Shown: piece after piece, positions 38,642 through 52,178 of the stretch
How the letters are laid out: every line of letters begins with the position of its first letter
How positions within the stretch are numbered: the stretch's first letter is position 1
Assembly: GCF_006345805.1 (NCBI RefSeq)
Contig: NC_043001.1
Coordinates: 122,078,001 to 122,142,000, forward strand
Direction: 5' to 3'
DNA length: 64,000 nt
Origin: Octopus sinensis
Lineage: Eukaryota
Made by a program: the position numbers and the translations under genes
The notes under the pieces: generated by a model
The model's database searches: none
What the model saw: the letters and a program-made list of their open reading frames with translations, nothing else
What the model was told of the DNA's origin: nothing

Positions 38642-38674
<33 letters not shown>

Positions 38675-38737
38675 CATACACACACACACCACATATATAT
38701 ATATATACATACATACACATATATATATATACATACC

Positions 38738-38802
<65 letters not shown>

Positions 38803-38842
38803 TATACATATATATATATACACACACACCACACACATATAC

Positions 38843-38875
<33 letters not shown>

Positions 38876-39519
38876 TATATATATACATACATATATACAT
38901 ATACATGCACACACACTCACACACACACTTATACACACACACACACACATATATAGGACACAATCATTCCCAATGTATTTGTCAACCCATGACTGTAAGA
39001 GAAGATACTTGCCCAAGAGGCCATGCAGTGAGAAAGAAACTAGGAAATGAGTTTATGAAACACATTCTGATTATGTCAGAGACAATTATGGATAGAAATG
39101 AAAACTCCTTCATTTGCTTCACGTCCCTAAAATTACAGCAAAAATGTAACCACAATAGCTTTACAGGTGTCAGCTTTTTGTTTCTTGTCCCCACCCACCT
39201 CTGTTCCCTTCAAGAGACACCATCATCTCATCATAAATGGCATCCTTTAAAATAATAATAATTGATAAATAAATGAAGATTGGTAGATGTGTTTGTTATA
39301 TTGTTTTGTGTAAACCTCTTTGTTTCGCATTTTGTCTCCTGTGTTTTAATGTTATTTTTTTGTGTGTGTTTGTGTGTTTTTATATCAATATTTTTGTTGC
39401 TTTTATTTTCCTCCATATACACTATTATTATTATTATTATATATATATTTTTTTGCAAATGTGTTTTTCCCATTAATGTGTGTTCTGTGTGGTAACACTT
39501 GTATCGTGTTGTGTTCCAG

Positions 39520-39594
39520 TACAGCCTGCTGTGTTATAATGAACCAGCCTTCCTGCATGACGACACACCAGCTATAGTTTCAAGTGAAGCGTGA
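39520..39594 (+). CDS. ttyh: Last exon, proximal isoform (YSLLCYNEPAFLHDDTPAIVSSEA*)
   Basis: gtgttccag acceptor; phase 0 start with TAC completes SPPPAYS; GC-richer island; stop 39592-39594; AATAAA hexamers from about 39930 onward. Confidence 0.65.
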   Translation, partial: YSLLCYNEPAFLHDDTPAIVSSEA

Positions 39595-42500
39595 CCATGT
39601 TGCTGTTGTGATCACCCAAGTATGTCTGAAAACTTGGGCATTTCCTCTGTGTCATTTCCAACCAATATGTAGCTTTGGAATTGTCCCTTCTCTTCCTATT
39701 AGTATCTCCTTTTACTGTTCTTCTGCTTGTTTCTTCCACACATCCCCACCATTCACCTAATGTGCACCCTTCTTATTAACTAACGGCTGACACTACTGAA
39801 CTCATATTTTTTTCTGTGTCTCTTATGTTTGCCTAATAGCAATGAGAAATGGTTGATGCTAAATGTCCAGTTATCTACCTTTTATATTGATTCGGTTGAT
39901 ATTTTTTGTTTGTGTTTTGTTTTATGAAGAATAAATAATAAAAAAAAGCCATGGTGATGATGATGATGAATAAAATTTGTCAGAGCAATAAAGTAGTGAT
40001 GCCTTTTGGAAAAAATTGAAAAAAAAATTGAAAATTTTAAGAAAATATTCCAAAGAAAACTCTTTATCTGAAGGCAGTTAGTTCTGTAGTTTAACAGATA
40101 ATAGCTTCAAGGATTTAATTAACCCACAACCATATCCACATGACTGTCTATTTCCTTATAAAGGGACTTCTGCAAAAAGATTGAATAATTGAGGGGTAAA
40201 GGGACAAAGGTAATGGAAGAGTCAGTTGTTAGAAGAATTCAAAGGAGAAAAATTTCTTTAGACTTGAAGAGGATCAAGAGATGTGGATGATAAATCAGTT
40301 TATAACAATTATATTGAATTAATAATTTCAATAGCTTATAAAAGTAAAATTGTAATTACTTACACATAATTTAATTTGATTCAAGTAACTTTCATCACAG
40401 CATCAACCCGTTTTATTGTACCCTAGTGTCTTTTGAAGCACTTTCTGGAAAATGTTTTGATATTATACACATTTTTTTCTACAGTTTTTGTCTTTAACAG
40501 ACTTTCGTAATAAGTGTTTCATAACTTTTAATATTGTCTCAATTTGCTTCCTGTTTGCTAATCTGATAATGTAACCTGCTACCAACAAATCTTACCTCCA
40601 TATTCTCTCTCCCCTCTCCATACTCTCTCTCTTCCTCTCTCTCTCTCTCTCCTGTCCTATCTCTCACTCCTTTCCTTTCTTTCTCTCTCATGTTATGTAA
40701 AAATCTAAAACTCAGAAATATTAAGAAAGTCTTAAGAATTTAGTATATGCCGTTTTTGAAGGTATGGAGGGAGTGTATAGGTTATGTGCAGCAAAATATG
40801 GTGTATATTCTTTAGATTGGAAGAAATTTCAGTTTTGGCACTGCATTAAATCAACCATAAAACCTTCCTGCCAATGGCTAAGTAGCTCAAGAATATACCC
40901 CCAAAAAATATTCTTGCTTTTCCCATTTATTATACTACCAAGTAATTGGGGTTTAATTCAAGTCAGTGGTGGAATGCAAATTCTTGGAAACTTCAGCAAG
41001 AAATAGCATCATAAACAGCAAGCCATTGTCATGTCATAACACTTCAATATTTGATCATTATTGATACTTCTCATTATTTTATTCAAAAAACTTTCTCTGA
41101 AATTGAAAGTAAGCACTGCAATATGGTCACAGTCTAAGTGTTTGTGATGAATGGTTTATAAGTTGGTATTTTTGTGGAATATTAAACTCCTCTTTTGAGA
41201 TGAAAAAGTTTTTACTATTTTTATCTATGCCATGTTTCTATTTGTTTGATCTTTGATCATTATCATGTGTCTTATTCTTAGATTGTACATAGTACATAAG
41301 TAGTTTAGAATAGGAAATCCTTATTTCTAAACTACAGAATAATGACTATTTTTATTGAATTAGCGATTGTCCTATTTATAACCATTGTTATAATTTTAGG
41401 TTACTTATAATTACCTTTCAGTAATGGCAACCATATTGATTCAATACCAACATTGGTTTTACTGAACAGGTTTATTAATAAATATTTCTTGTTCCATTTA
41501 TGATAAGAGTTTTATGTTTATCAACTCTCTGCAATAAATGTTAGAATAATGTTTCTGAAGTGCTATTAAAATTCTCCTTATTCTTTCTCAGACCTGTTAA
41601 CTTAAATTTGCTAACAGTGTAGACTCTATACCAATTAAATTCCTATATACCTCATTGTTAATGTTACAGTGAGGATTTTCCATGTTTTCTCAGACTTCCC
41701 TTTCCTTTTCATCATTGAGTCATGCTTGACTGGTCCAGTCATATTAATACATGTGGAATAACATTAATAACACATAGTGGTGGCCCTAAATAAGATGTCC
41801 TTCTTATTAGTAATAACAGTGATATCAATAGTTTTAATAAGTTGTCCTATTAAAAACATTTGGTGATTTATTGTTTATCCTCAACTAAGTCGTGCTCAAT
41901 CAAATCTATAAGACAATCCAGACGTGCACATCTTGTCTTTTTATCTGTTAGTGTCTACATTACCTTTACCACATACAACTCCCCTTATTTAAGGTGGTAG
42001 GGTGTGATTTAAGACAGGTCATGTGATTACATAACAGCTTCCTATTTGGTTTGTTTTTTGAAGCATAGGCTTACTTTGTAGCTATTCAGTCAGTTTCAAG
42101 TATGACTTTTTTTAGGGACTTTATTTTTGACTCCTTGTTCTATTTAAATACCTTTTCACAATGGTCTAACACTTATTTCTACAACTTTTGCAGACTAAAT
42201 TATACGTTCAGAAAATCTCTTTACAGTTATTATCCATTTGAAATTGTAGTTACAACTTCTGAAGCCAACTCTGCATAAACATTTTGCTATAAATACTTCA
42301 GGCTTTTTACTGTGCCCAGTTTTGTGTGAAATTACACCATACTTCCGTGAACAATATTCATTATAGCTACTTCTATGCTGTTTACACAACATGGTTGTGT
42401 AAATAAAACTCTGGATTGTCAGGGATCCTGTTGTAAGTCTATAGTCTCATTGAATTGAACACATAATTCTTTATGGCTTATGTTCATCTTAAAATGGAAA

Positions 42501-42683
42501 GCATATGTCCTATTTTGGGGGAAAACTTATAGACAGTGATAGACTAGCAGCTTGTTCAGGAGAAGTTTTATCTCTCACTTGCCAAGTGTTATATTCAATT
42601 TTGGTTCTTGCAATATGGAAAAAGTATGACATATTTTCTTACCATTCTTTCAATTATACTTTCTTAATACTGCCTCAAACGTT

Positions 42684-42960
42684 GCCAAGATCTTCCTGTA
42701 CACTGAAAATATCTTCTCCATACAATGCTAAGATTTTTATCAGACACTGAAAACATCTCCAGCCACAGAAAAAATCTTCCCCAAACATCGTACAGACTTT
42801 CTCCAGACACTGTACAAGTTTCTCCAGACATTATATAAGTATTCTCCGGACACTGTAGATCTTCTCTAGAAATTGAAAAGATCCTTTCTCGACACTGGAA
42901 AGATCTTCCTCACCAGACACTGCAAAAATCACCTTCAATGCGGCAGAGATTTTCTCTAAC
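42684..42960. repeat. Diverged tandem array of about 23-bp units (CAGACACTGxAAAGATCTTCTC-like, about 11 units)
   Basis: Recurrent gacactg and atcttctc words at about 23-nt spacing. Confidence 0.75.
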
Positions 42961-44079
42961 CAAAGCTGATTCTTTAACTTCTCTTTCATCTTTTTGGTTA
43001 AATACAACACAAAACCAGGCTTTTGCCACTGAAATGATTAGAAGATCTTTAAGTTCTTCCAGTTAGTCTTCCAGGAATCTTGTTGCTTAGTTTTTAGTAT
43101 ATCTGCATTCCTAATCAGATTTCTTCCTTTTCACTTTCTAGTTTTAGATTTTATTTTTCTCTACTTATTCTCTATAAGAACAAGATTTTTTTCATACGGG
43201 TTGATATTTTAATTGCATCTGCCTATAAATTATGCTGTTAGGGATCTGGAATGTGGGATAAGGATAAGGAAAGTGTGAACGATAATGTTTGTTAGAATGA
43301 ATTTTTTCAATTCCTCATCTTCCATGAAGGTTCTTCAACAGTTCACCATCACACCACCATATTTGTAGTAATGGCTTTATCAGCTTTATATGTGAATGTG
43401 TGTATCTATCTATCAGTCTATTTATATATCAAAAATTATGATAAACACAAGTTTTTATAACTAGTTCCCCATGTACCTTTCACTGTTGTAATTATGTAAA
43501 ACCACTTGGATGTCCCAAGTGCAGTTGGATGCTTAACCATGGATCTTCAGGGAAACACTTTATTACATTATGTTACAAAGATCAATTATTTATAAATCAA
43601 TGTCTTTCTCTCTCCCTCTTCCTGCCACCCCCTCCCTTCTTTCCCCTTTTACATATATTCACTACATGTATTGTGTACGCTTGCTCACATTTCTTATAAC
43701 AAAATTTTATAATTTTTATATTTTAAATGTCATTGTATATAAATAAATAAAATATGCTGCTGGAACATTTATGCTATATTTCAACAAAACTCACTAAGTT
43801 TTATGTATCAACGACCCATCTTTTGAGAGAAGATTGTAATATTTGTTGTTAGCAATTCTCAGTTATTGTGTGTTGGCTGTTTTAATGTGAAATTGTATTT
43901 TTTTAATTATTTCTTTTGTTAAATTAAAAACTTGAACTACAAACTAAATATTCTTTAGTAGCTTTTCTTTTGTTTTATTGCTATTTCTTTATTTTTTCAA
44001 ATTTTTTTTTTTACTAAATTTTATTATTATTTTTTATTTAGTTTGTGATCATTATTGTTAATTTCTATATAATTTCTAT

Positions 44080-44335
44080 ATCTAATTTCTCCCACCCCTG
44101 TCTGCTAAAGTATAGCATCTCCTTTTTCTTTCTTCTGCTTTTCAGTATGCCGATTGGTTCCTCCGTGAACGCTTTTCTGCGGCCAACAAACTTGGCTGAT
44201 CTTTTCACTGTCCATACGTTGGCATATTGCTTACAGGCTGTGCCACAGTGTGAGAGCCTGTCTATCGAGCTGGCCTCCTGGATGGTTAGCTTGCTTGCCT
44301 TTGTTTGACCCCCTGTATGAACACACCTTTGCATG
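44080..44335 (-). mobile_element. LINE ORF2 linker fragment (RTE/L2-like), tentative
   Basis: KRSAKFVGRRKAFTEEPIGILKSRRKKK resembles the basic endonuclease-RT linker. Confidence 0.3.
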
Positions 44336-44740
44336 ACTTCAGGGTTTCTCTCTATCAGTTTGCCTATACATACTTATATACTTACATTCATACACATAAA
44401 CACACATGCGCAAGTGTGTGTGTGCATGTATATATATATATATATATACATACATACACACACACACATATACATACAAATACAAAAGCAGTCTTCCTAA
44501 CACTTTTATATATATATATATGAATGCACTTATATACATACATTTACAAATACTTATTTCTGTGTATATATGCATGTATGTTTTCTCTTGCTCTCTTTCT
44601 CTTTCTCTCTCTCTATATGTGTGTGTGTGTATATATATACATGTGTATGTGTGTGTGTGTATATGTATGTGTGCATATGTATGTGTGTGTATATATATAT
44701 GTATGTGTGCATATGTATGTTGTGTGTGTATATATATATA

Positions 44741-44774
<34 letters not shown>

Positions 44775-44775
<1 letters not shown>

Positions 44776-44900
44776 GCAGTTCAGCAAAAGAGAGCGGTAG
44801 AATGAATACTAGGCTTACAAAGAATAAGTCCTGGAGTCGATTTGCTTGACTAAAGGCAGTGCTCCAGCATAGCTGCAGTCAAATGGCTGAAAGAAAAAAA
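44775..44900 (+). mobile_element. SINE family B 3' half after (TA)n
   Basis: ttcagcaaaagag...ctaggcttacaaagaataagtcctgg...gctccagcatagctgcagtcaaatggctgaaa. Confidence 0.85.
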
Positions 44901-44951
44901 AGAAGTATATATATATATATTATATATATATATAATATATATATATATATA

Positions 44952-44982
<31 letters not shown>

Positions 44983-45202
44983 TACTCACAAACACATAAA
45001 AACAAACAAACACAATAGCAGTCTTCCTAACATTTACATATGCATATATATTTGTATCTGTGCAGAAATGTATGTGTATGTATATATAAATTTATATATA
45101 CACATTGTGTGTGTGTGTGTGTGAGTGTATGTGTGTCTATATATATAGATATATATATATATAGTAGATAGATATAGATATGTATATATGTGTGTATGTA
45201 TA

Positions 45203-45247
<45 letters not shown>

Positions 45248-47173
45248 GTGTGTAATATATATATGTATACATGCATACACTCACACACGCACACACATTC
45301 AACCCAAGCCAATATGGAGAATGGACATTAAATGATGATGATTGATGTTGATTATGATGACATGCATGCATATATATGCATATGAGTATATACATACACA
45401 TGCACATACATATATGCACATCATATTTTTACTCATATATTGATAACAAAGAGAATGGCTGTCACTTCATTTTTGTATGTGTGGATGTGTAACTGCATAT
45501 ATGTGTGTGCGTGTGTATCCTTTTCTGTTTTTTTTTTTTGTTTTTTTGTAATTTTCTCTCTTCTATAATCTTTTCTTTATTGCTCTCTTCCTCTAATTTT
45601 TTTCTATTTCACTCTTGTCTCCTTCGTGCATGTGCACTAGTAAATCCAGTTCAGCATGATTTTGTCCCAATCTTAACAGTTATACATACCTATGTATATG
45701 CATACAGACACATAATCAAACATACATGCATACAAATATATATAAAATATAAATATATATGAACACACACATTTACAATTTATTTTTAGAATCTTTGTTC
45801 ATACTATATAGTTTTCCCCCCCTGTTACCTGTAATTAAAATAAATATAATTACCTCACCTATAATTACTCTTGTCTTAAAATGTACCCATTTCTGCTACT
45901 ATATTGCTCGTTTGATTTTCAAATTTCACAATCCCATTTTTTGGTCCTCACATAATCATTCCAAACTATTTTACATGTTCTGTTTCCCTTTTTCTACAAA
46001 ATTTCTGGGGTTTAAAATTCAATGAGCTGTTAAAAGAACAGTCTATTTATATCAAATTAATTGTTATATGCATTTTTATAGTGAACAGCAAGATTCAAAG
46101 TGTGACTTACATATTTACTCTTAATATGTTTTGGCTGATTTGAACTTGTGTATCCTAATTGCTGTTGTGTTTCATCACAGGAGAACACCTTCCACTTTAT
46201 AATGAATGTGGGATTCTGTATAACTTGATTTAGCATCAATGAATTGTCACAAAGAAGCTGTTCTGTGTTCAAACACAACAGTGATTTGTGTATTCATGTT
46301 TGAATCTGCTGGAATATATTATGAATAAATATGAAAGCCAATTAACATTTATATTTCATTTTCTAAAGTTAAAATACTCAGGAGTTTAATTATTAATCAC
46401 AGTTATAGATAAAAACCTCTCTCTTGTGCATACCCACACAAAAGGCATTTATTTATCTTTAATTCTTATGTTTGTGTGCTTGATACTGGGATTCTTGGCT
46501 CAATTATAACTGAAATGTACAGTAATAGACAATTACCATTACTAGAGAAATATTGGGCTTTTAAGTGGAATCTTTAAAAATTCCTCAACTGTTTGTGATA
46601 TTTAAATCACATGTTGATATTTTTAAAGTTTATTAAATATTTTATACTTTAAAGTTCTTATATAGTTTAATCAAATTTACAGTTTTTGATTAAACAAATT
46701 TATAATTAGAACCAGATGGGCCGTTCACTATGAGAGCTATAATTGGAAGGAAATGACTTAAGACCGATATTTTCAAAAAACTACTTCATATATTATATAA
46801 TAAAAAGGCTTCGGTTACTTAATTATATTTGTTTTAAAACATCCAAATTAGCTGCTTCAACTGTTTAATATTTGATTTCATTTTCTTACAAGTCATTTTT
46901 AGTTTCTATTTAATTAACAGCATTTGATCTAGGGCTCTCAGCTTATATGAATTGTTACACACTTTTAGTTCTTGGTGAAAGCCAAATATTTTACACTGCT
47001 AATGCTATTGGAAAGGCTGAAGCTTCTCAAATATTCATTTCTACTCCCAAAATAACTAGCCCTTGTGCCTAAAGAAACCAACAGATTGGAGAAACTTGTA
47101 AATATCTCATTGATCTCAAAAGCTAAAACTATTTTTATTCTCCCTCTCCATATATGTGAGTATGTGTGTCTAC

Positions 47174-47206
<33 letters not shown>

Positions 47207-47261
47207 TTCATTCATATATATATGTAAATAAGCAAGTATGTATATATATGTAAAAAAAAGT

Positions 47262-47300
<39 letters not shown>

Positions 47301-47639
47301 CATGCATGCATGTATATATACATACATACATGCATGCATGCAAACATGTACAAATATATATGCTCTTAGAAATTAGCATTAAGTAGAATAATTAGTTTCC
47401 CAAGAGAAGTAGTAATAAAATCATTCCTTAAGAATTATTTACCAACTTCACTGCATTTCTTGGAATATATCACTCTTAGATAATCACAGATTATCACCTT
47501 AGGTCAAACTAAGATCCAATTATAATGGCTCTCTGTTTTATTTGGGGGGATGAAGGATAGTAATCCCATGACTGCATATTTAACTGTAGAAGGCCCACCT
47601 TTACAACTTATATGAATATATTTTTTTATATTTCTTTTC

Positions 47640-47671
<32 letters not shown>

Positions 47672-47699
47672 CCAGTATCTTTTGAAGCTTCACTTTCAC

Positions 47700-47900
47700 T
47701 ATGTTAGGTGTCTACATACATGCAAGCTGATATGGGCACCTGTCCCTCTTGGCACTCCTACCCTTGAGTCAGTAGAATTTTATGACGTAACAGCTAGGAT
47801 TGTGGGAGGGAGGGCTGCACCATTGACTGATACAGCATGAAATGAATTGAACTTATGATTGTGAGCTCAGCAGTTTAACCATGAGGCTACATGTCTCCAA
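47700..47900 (-). mobile_element. Old tRNA-SINE, degraded
   Basis: Minus strand starts tggagacatgtagcctcatggttaa (A-box-like) ... aagttcaattc (B-box-like). Confidence 0.4.
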
Positions 47901-48420
47901 TATATATATATAACATTATATTCTCATGACAGCCAATTAATGTTACTGAATGCTTTCTTGCCAAAGCCCTTTCAGAAACTGAGGGATAAAATTAGCAATC
48001 ATTAGACTTTGGCTGAATGGAAAACTCTATAGATAGATAGATAGATATTAACACTCATATTTCCATCCATCTCTTTCTCTCTCTCCCCTTGTCTGTCTTC
48101 CGTATTCCCCTTTTTTATTCCTGGGTTATAAGACCAAATGTCGCAAGACCATCTACCAATAATAAAATAATCAGGATATTAGAATTCTGAAATAGCAAAG
48201 ATGATATTACTGAATATTATTATACTGAGAAACAAAAACTTGGTTTTAATGTTAACATCATTCTATGGATATATCACTCAATTTATTATCTGATACACTA
48301 TGGTCAATATTGTGATTTTTTTAGTCTTTTAATTCTTAGCCTTCTTGCATTTGGTCCTCTGAAATTTGGTCTTATGATCAAACCCCCTCCTCCGTATATA
48401 AATACACATAAGCATATATA

Positions 48421-48462
<42 letters not shown>

Positions 48463-49110
48463 GAATATTTATAATAGCTTTTGTAATGTGTCTGTAGTTA
48501 TACACACACACACACACACACACACATATGCACATACATACATATATTTGCATGCATACACACATGCATACACACATGCATATACAACTGTGTTACATAT
48601 TAATTCAACAATAATTTTTCCTGACCTCCAAACTCCCTCCTCTGAACTTATGAACCATATTTGAAATTTATGTAAAATTAAAATGAAAATAAAGCAATAC
48701 TCAAATACTCCTTAATTTGAATCTGTTTTAGCTTTTTTTTAAAAAACTTTTTTATTAATTTGTTTTAAAAAATTATTTTTTTTGTTGCACCTAGTTCCAT
48801 GTTTTATTTGTTTACATTTGCACCTTCCCTTATGTTGTTTGTTAATTTTTTTCTTTAGTTGTTTTCTGTTAACACACTCCCACAACTAATACACACTCTC
48901 ATTGCACCTACCTATCCCCACTAGTGGGCCTTATTGTTGTATAATTGGCTGGGATAGGTTTTAGTTAATATTTTTAGAAAAATAAATAAATAAATAAAAT
49001 AAAATTAAATTAAAAATGTCTATCCTTAATAAAAATACAAATATACATTTATATACTTAAAAACAAAATTAATGAAAAATAAAATTTAAAAGATAATACT
49101 ATTCACATTA

Positions 49111-49280
49111 GAATATAAATTTAAGACCAGTTCAAAAATGCTTGGGAAATAATTGTACCTGTAAAGGTTTTTCAACTGTTTGCTGTGGAGAAAAAGAAAT
49201 CCATGACAACGTGCATTGAAAAGCTGTTACAAGTTCAAATCTCTCTCAAACATATTTGAACTGGTCTTAAATTTAGATTC
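49111..49280. other. 170-nt long imperfect hairpin (about 80-bp arms, 10-nt loop)
   Basis: gaatataaatttaagaccagttcaaaaatg pairs with catatttgaactggtcttaaatttagattc (28/30); pairing continues inward to tgga-gaaaaagaaa-tcca. Confidence 0.9.
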
Positions 49281-49661
49281 TTTCCATTATTGCTTTGCGC
49301 ACCTTCTCATAAATTCTCATTAGAATTTTCTTTGACCTTCTGTTTCTGTTTGACTGTATCTTTTATTTTACTCAGGCGCATGTATACACACAAAAATAAA
49401 GATATAATTATAAAATATTTGTTTATAATGAAATAGTGAAAGAAAGAAAAAAAAGACAAAAAAAAAATAGCCAGAAGAGACAGCTTCTTTCTGATTAGAT
49501 TCCACAATTTCCAATTTACTGTGTAACATGACTGTTTTGCAGTTTCCAAACAGAAGGAGTCGAAAACTTTAGAATCCTTTTACATGGAGCTGATCAGTAA
49601 GAAGACTATAAAACTCTAAAAGTTTTGTATCATTGGAGCTGCATCAAAGCCCTCAAAGTAC

Positions 49662-49664
<3 letters not shown>

Positions 49665-49735
<71 letters not shown>

Positions 49736-49737
49736 TA

Positions 49738-49805
<68 letters not shown>
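49665..49805. repeat. (TAT)n microsatellite
   Basis: Directly visible. Confidence 0.95.
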
Positions 49806-50867
49806 TACTTTTGAAACATTCTGCTGAATGAAAAAGAAATTTGTAAAAATGGGTGTAAAGAGAAAAGAATGTTTTTTATTCAACTTTTTAACTTCTTTTA
49901 GTAATACTTTATTTCATTTTCTCTTTTTTTTTTCTTTCTTCAATTAATTAATATTAATAGTTTTCTTATACCTGGACTGACCTAATACAAATTTGTGTCT
50001 GTCAAGTTCTGAGCAAGTTGTAGTTATCTCCCTTAATAGCCATTTTCTTTAATTTTTTTCTCTTTTTTTGTTTGGCAATTTGTATTTTTTTCCCACTAAA
50101 ATTTAATATACCTATTAACTATTAAAAAAAAATATAGTTTTATTAATCTTCAAACATTACTGTCAGAATGGGAAGGCTTGATATTGAGATATTTCATATT
50201 TAAAAAATTATTTTTGAGAAAACTATTCATTATAGAGATTTTGGTGTATAATGTTGTCTTTCGAAGCAGCATCAGTTATATACACTATTTCTTTTCTCTT
50301 CCGCCAACCTTTCATACTAAATTTTATTGTAGATACAAAAAAATGACAGCAAAAAAAAAAAGAATGAAAGAAAAAAAAACTGTAAAAAGGCAAAAATTAT
50401 GAAAATCAAATAAAAATCATTTCGTTTTGGTAGATTAGAATATGATAAATTTGTTTATAAAAGTGGTCGAGTGTTTTTTTTTGTTTTTGTTGTTTTTTTT
50501 AAATTCTTTAAAACTATCTTGTTATTTGCAACAACATGGTGTCCAAGAAAGGGTCAATATATATATATATATATTATATATATATATATAAATTAAGAAA
50601 TGTCTATTCATCTCCTCGCATTGTCTCTACTATCTAATATATACACACACACATATATATATATATGTGTATATGTATATATACTCAAGGCTTTTCTGTA
50701 TGCTTAAAGAATGGCATGGCTATATCTGTATTTCTATATATGGATTGGATGGATGCTTATATATTGAATGGGTATGCTGTGCATGCAACTTTCTTTACAT
50801 GAATTGTTGGAGTCCAATACATATTTACTTTCATTTTCTCTATGTATGTCTTGGTATTGCTAGTACA

Positions 50868-50906
<39 letters not shown>

Positions 50907-51130
50907 ATTTATGTGTAAAGAGGAATTACAATCCTGTTGCAGGGTACAGAATTTCTCAATTCTTTTTTTCTACGTCTTGAATAAAATAAAAAAAAAAAAA
51001 AAACCCTGCTAATCCAAGAATTGCCATGGTTTTATGCGTATCTGTTTAAAAAATAAACTGCTTTTCATTTGTAGATGAACATAGTTATAAAGAGAAACTT
51101 TTTTTTATGTATGTGCGATATATACATACA

Positions 51131-51168
<38 letters not shown>

Positions 51169-51188
51169 TACATATATATACTTATGTA

Positions 51189-51222
<34 letters not shown>

Positions 51223-51489
51223 CTTATGTATGTATATATATATATATATACTTATGTATGTATATATAACGTGTATGGATGTATGGAATTATTTCTTCAT
51301 TTTCCATTATCTCCCTATCTTTCATTTATTTCCTTTTATGTCTCTGCATTCAACTCTTTCTCCAAATTTCTCTCTTTTTCTGTCTGTCTGTCTGTCTGTC
51401 TGACCATCTCTCTCTTTCTTTCTCTCTCTCTCTCTCTCTTCCTCCCTTTCTCTCTCTCTCTCAATCCATTCCATTCCATTCTATTTCAG

Positions 51490-51530
51490 CATGGAAAAGG
51501 ATTCTTGGCCTAACGTCTTGTCTTCTATGA
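51490..51530 (+). CDS. Candidate alternative last exon (phase 0 HGKGFLA*; phase 1 xWKRILGLTSCLL*)
   Basis: Long (CT)n pyrimidine tract + ctatttcag acceptor followed by a higher-complexity, GC-richer block. Confidence 0.25.
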
Positions 51531-52146
51531 TGCTTGTATCTCTCAAGTTCTTTGGCTGAAGAATTATCTGCTGAATTCTGCTTCCATTTCCATTCAACAT
51601 GGCAGCAATGACGGCAGTCTCAGCAACAGATACTCACAAACCCATCCCACTCATCATATTTTCTGCTTACTTTCAAAGTTTCTTTTTTTTTTTTCATCCA
51701 GTAGAAATTTCCATTTGACAAATACGTGGGTTTGTGTATGTGTGAATGTTAGTGTGAGAGTGCGTGATTCAATTGTTCTATATATTTCATTAAAAAAAAA
51801 ACCCCTAAAACTAATACAAATGAACTTAACATCTCATTCCATCCGTCAGCTCATTATCCAGCATATTCAACATATTAATTTTATATTCATTTTTCTCAAG
51901 TTTGATATAAAATAGATTTAAAAAGAAAAAAAACAGATTCAACTGGAAAGCATGTTTGTCTGTGTATTAGAATAAATTTGTTTCTGTATATATTCATATA
52001 AGTATATATACAAACACATGTAGACCTACACACATTCTCATTCTTACTCTCTCTCTCTCACACACACACACATGCATGCATGCATACATACATTTACACG
52101 CAAGCAGGCATACATACATACATGTGTACATATATGTGCTTATACG

Positions 52147-52178
<32 letters not shown>

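Noticed and set aside
38477-39255. H/T/Y/I-rich and C/V-rich ORFs, likewise at 44300-45420, 52076-52496 and 59099-60883
   Set aside because: Microsatellite translations.
42684-42960. CRISPR-like array
   Set aside because: Degenerate tandem units without unique spacers, no cas genes, eukaryotic context.
49625-49883. Poly-Leu/Tyr/Ile/Asn ORFs
   Set aside because: (TAT)n microsatellite.
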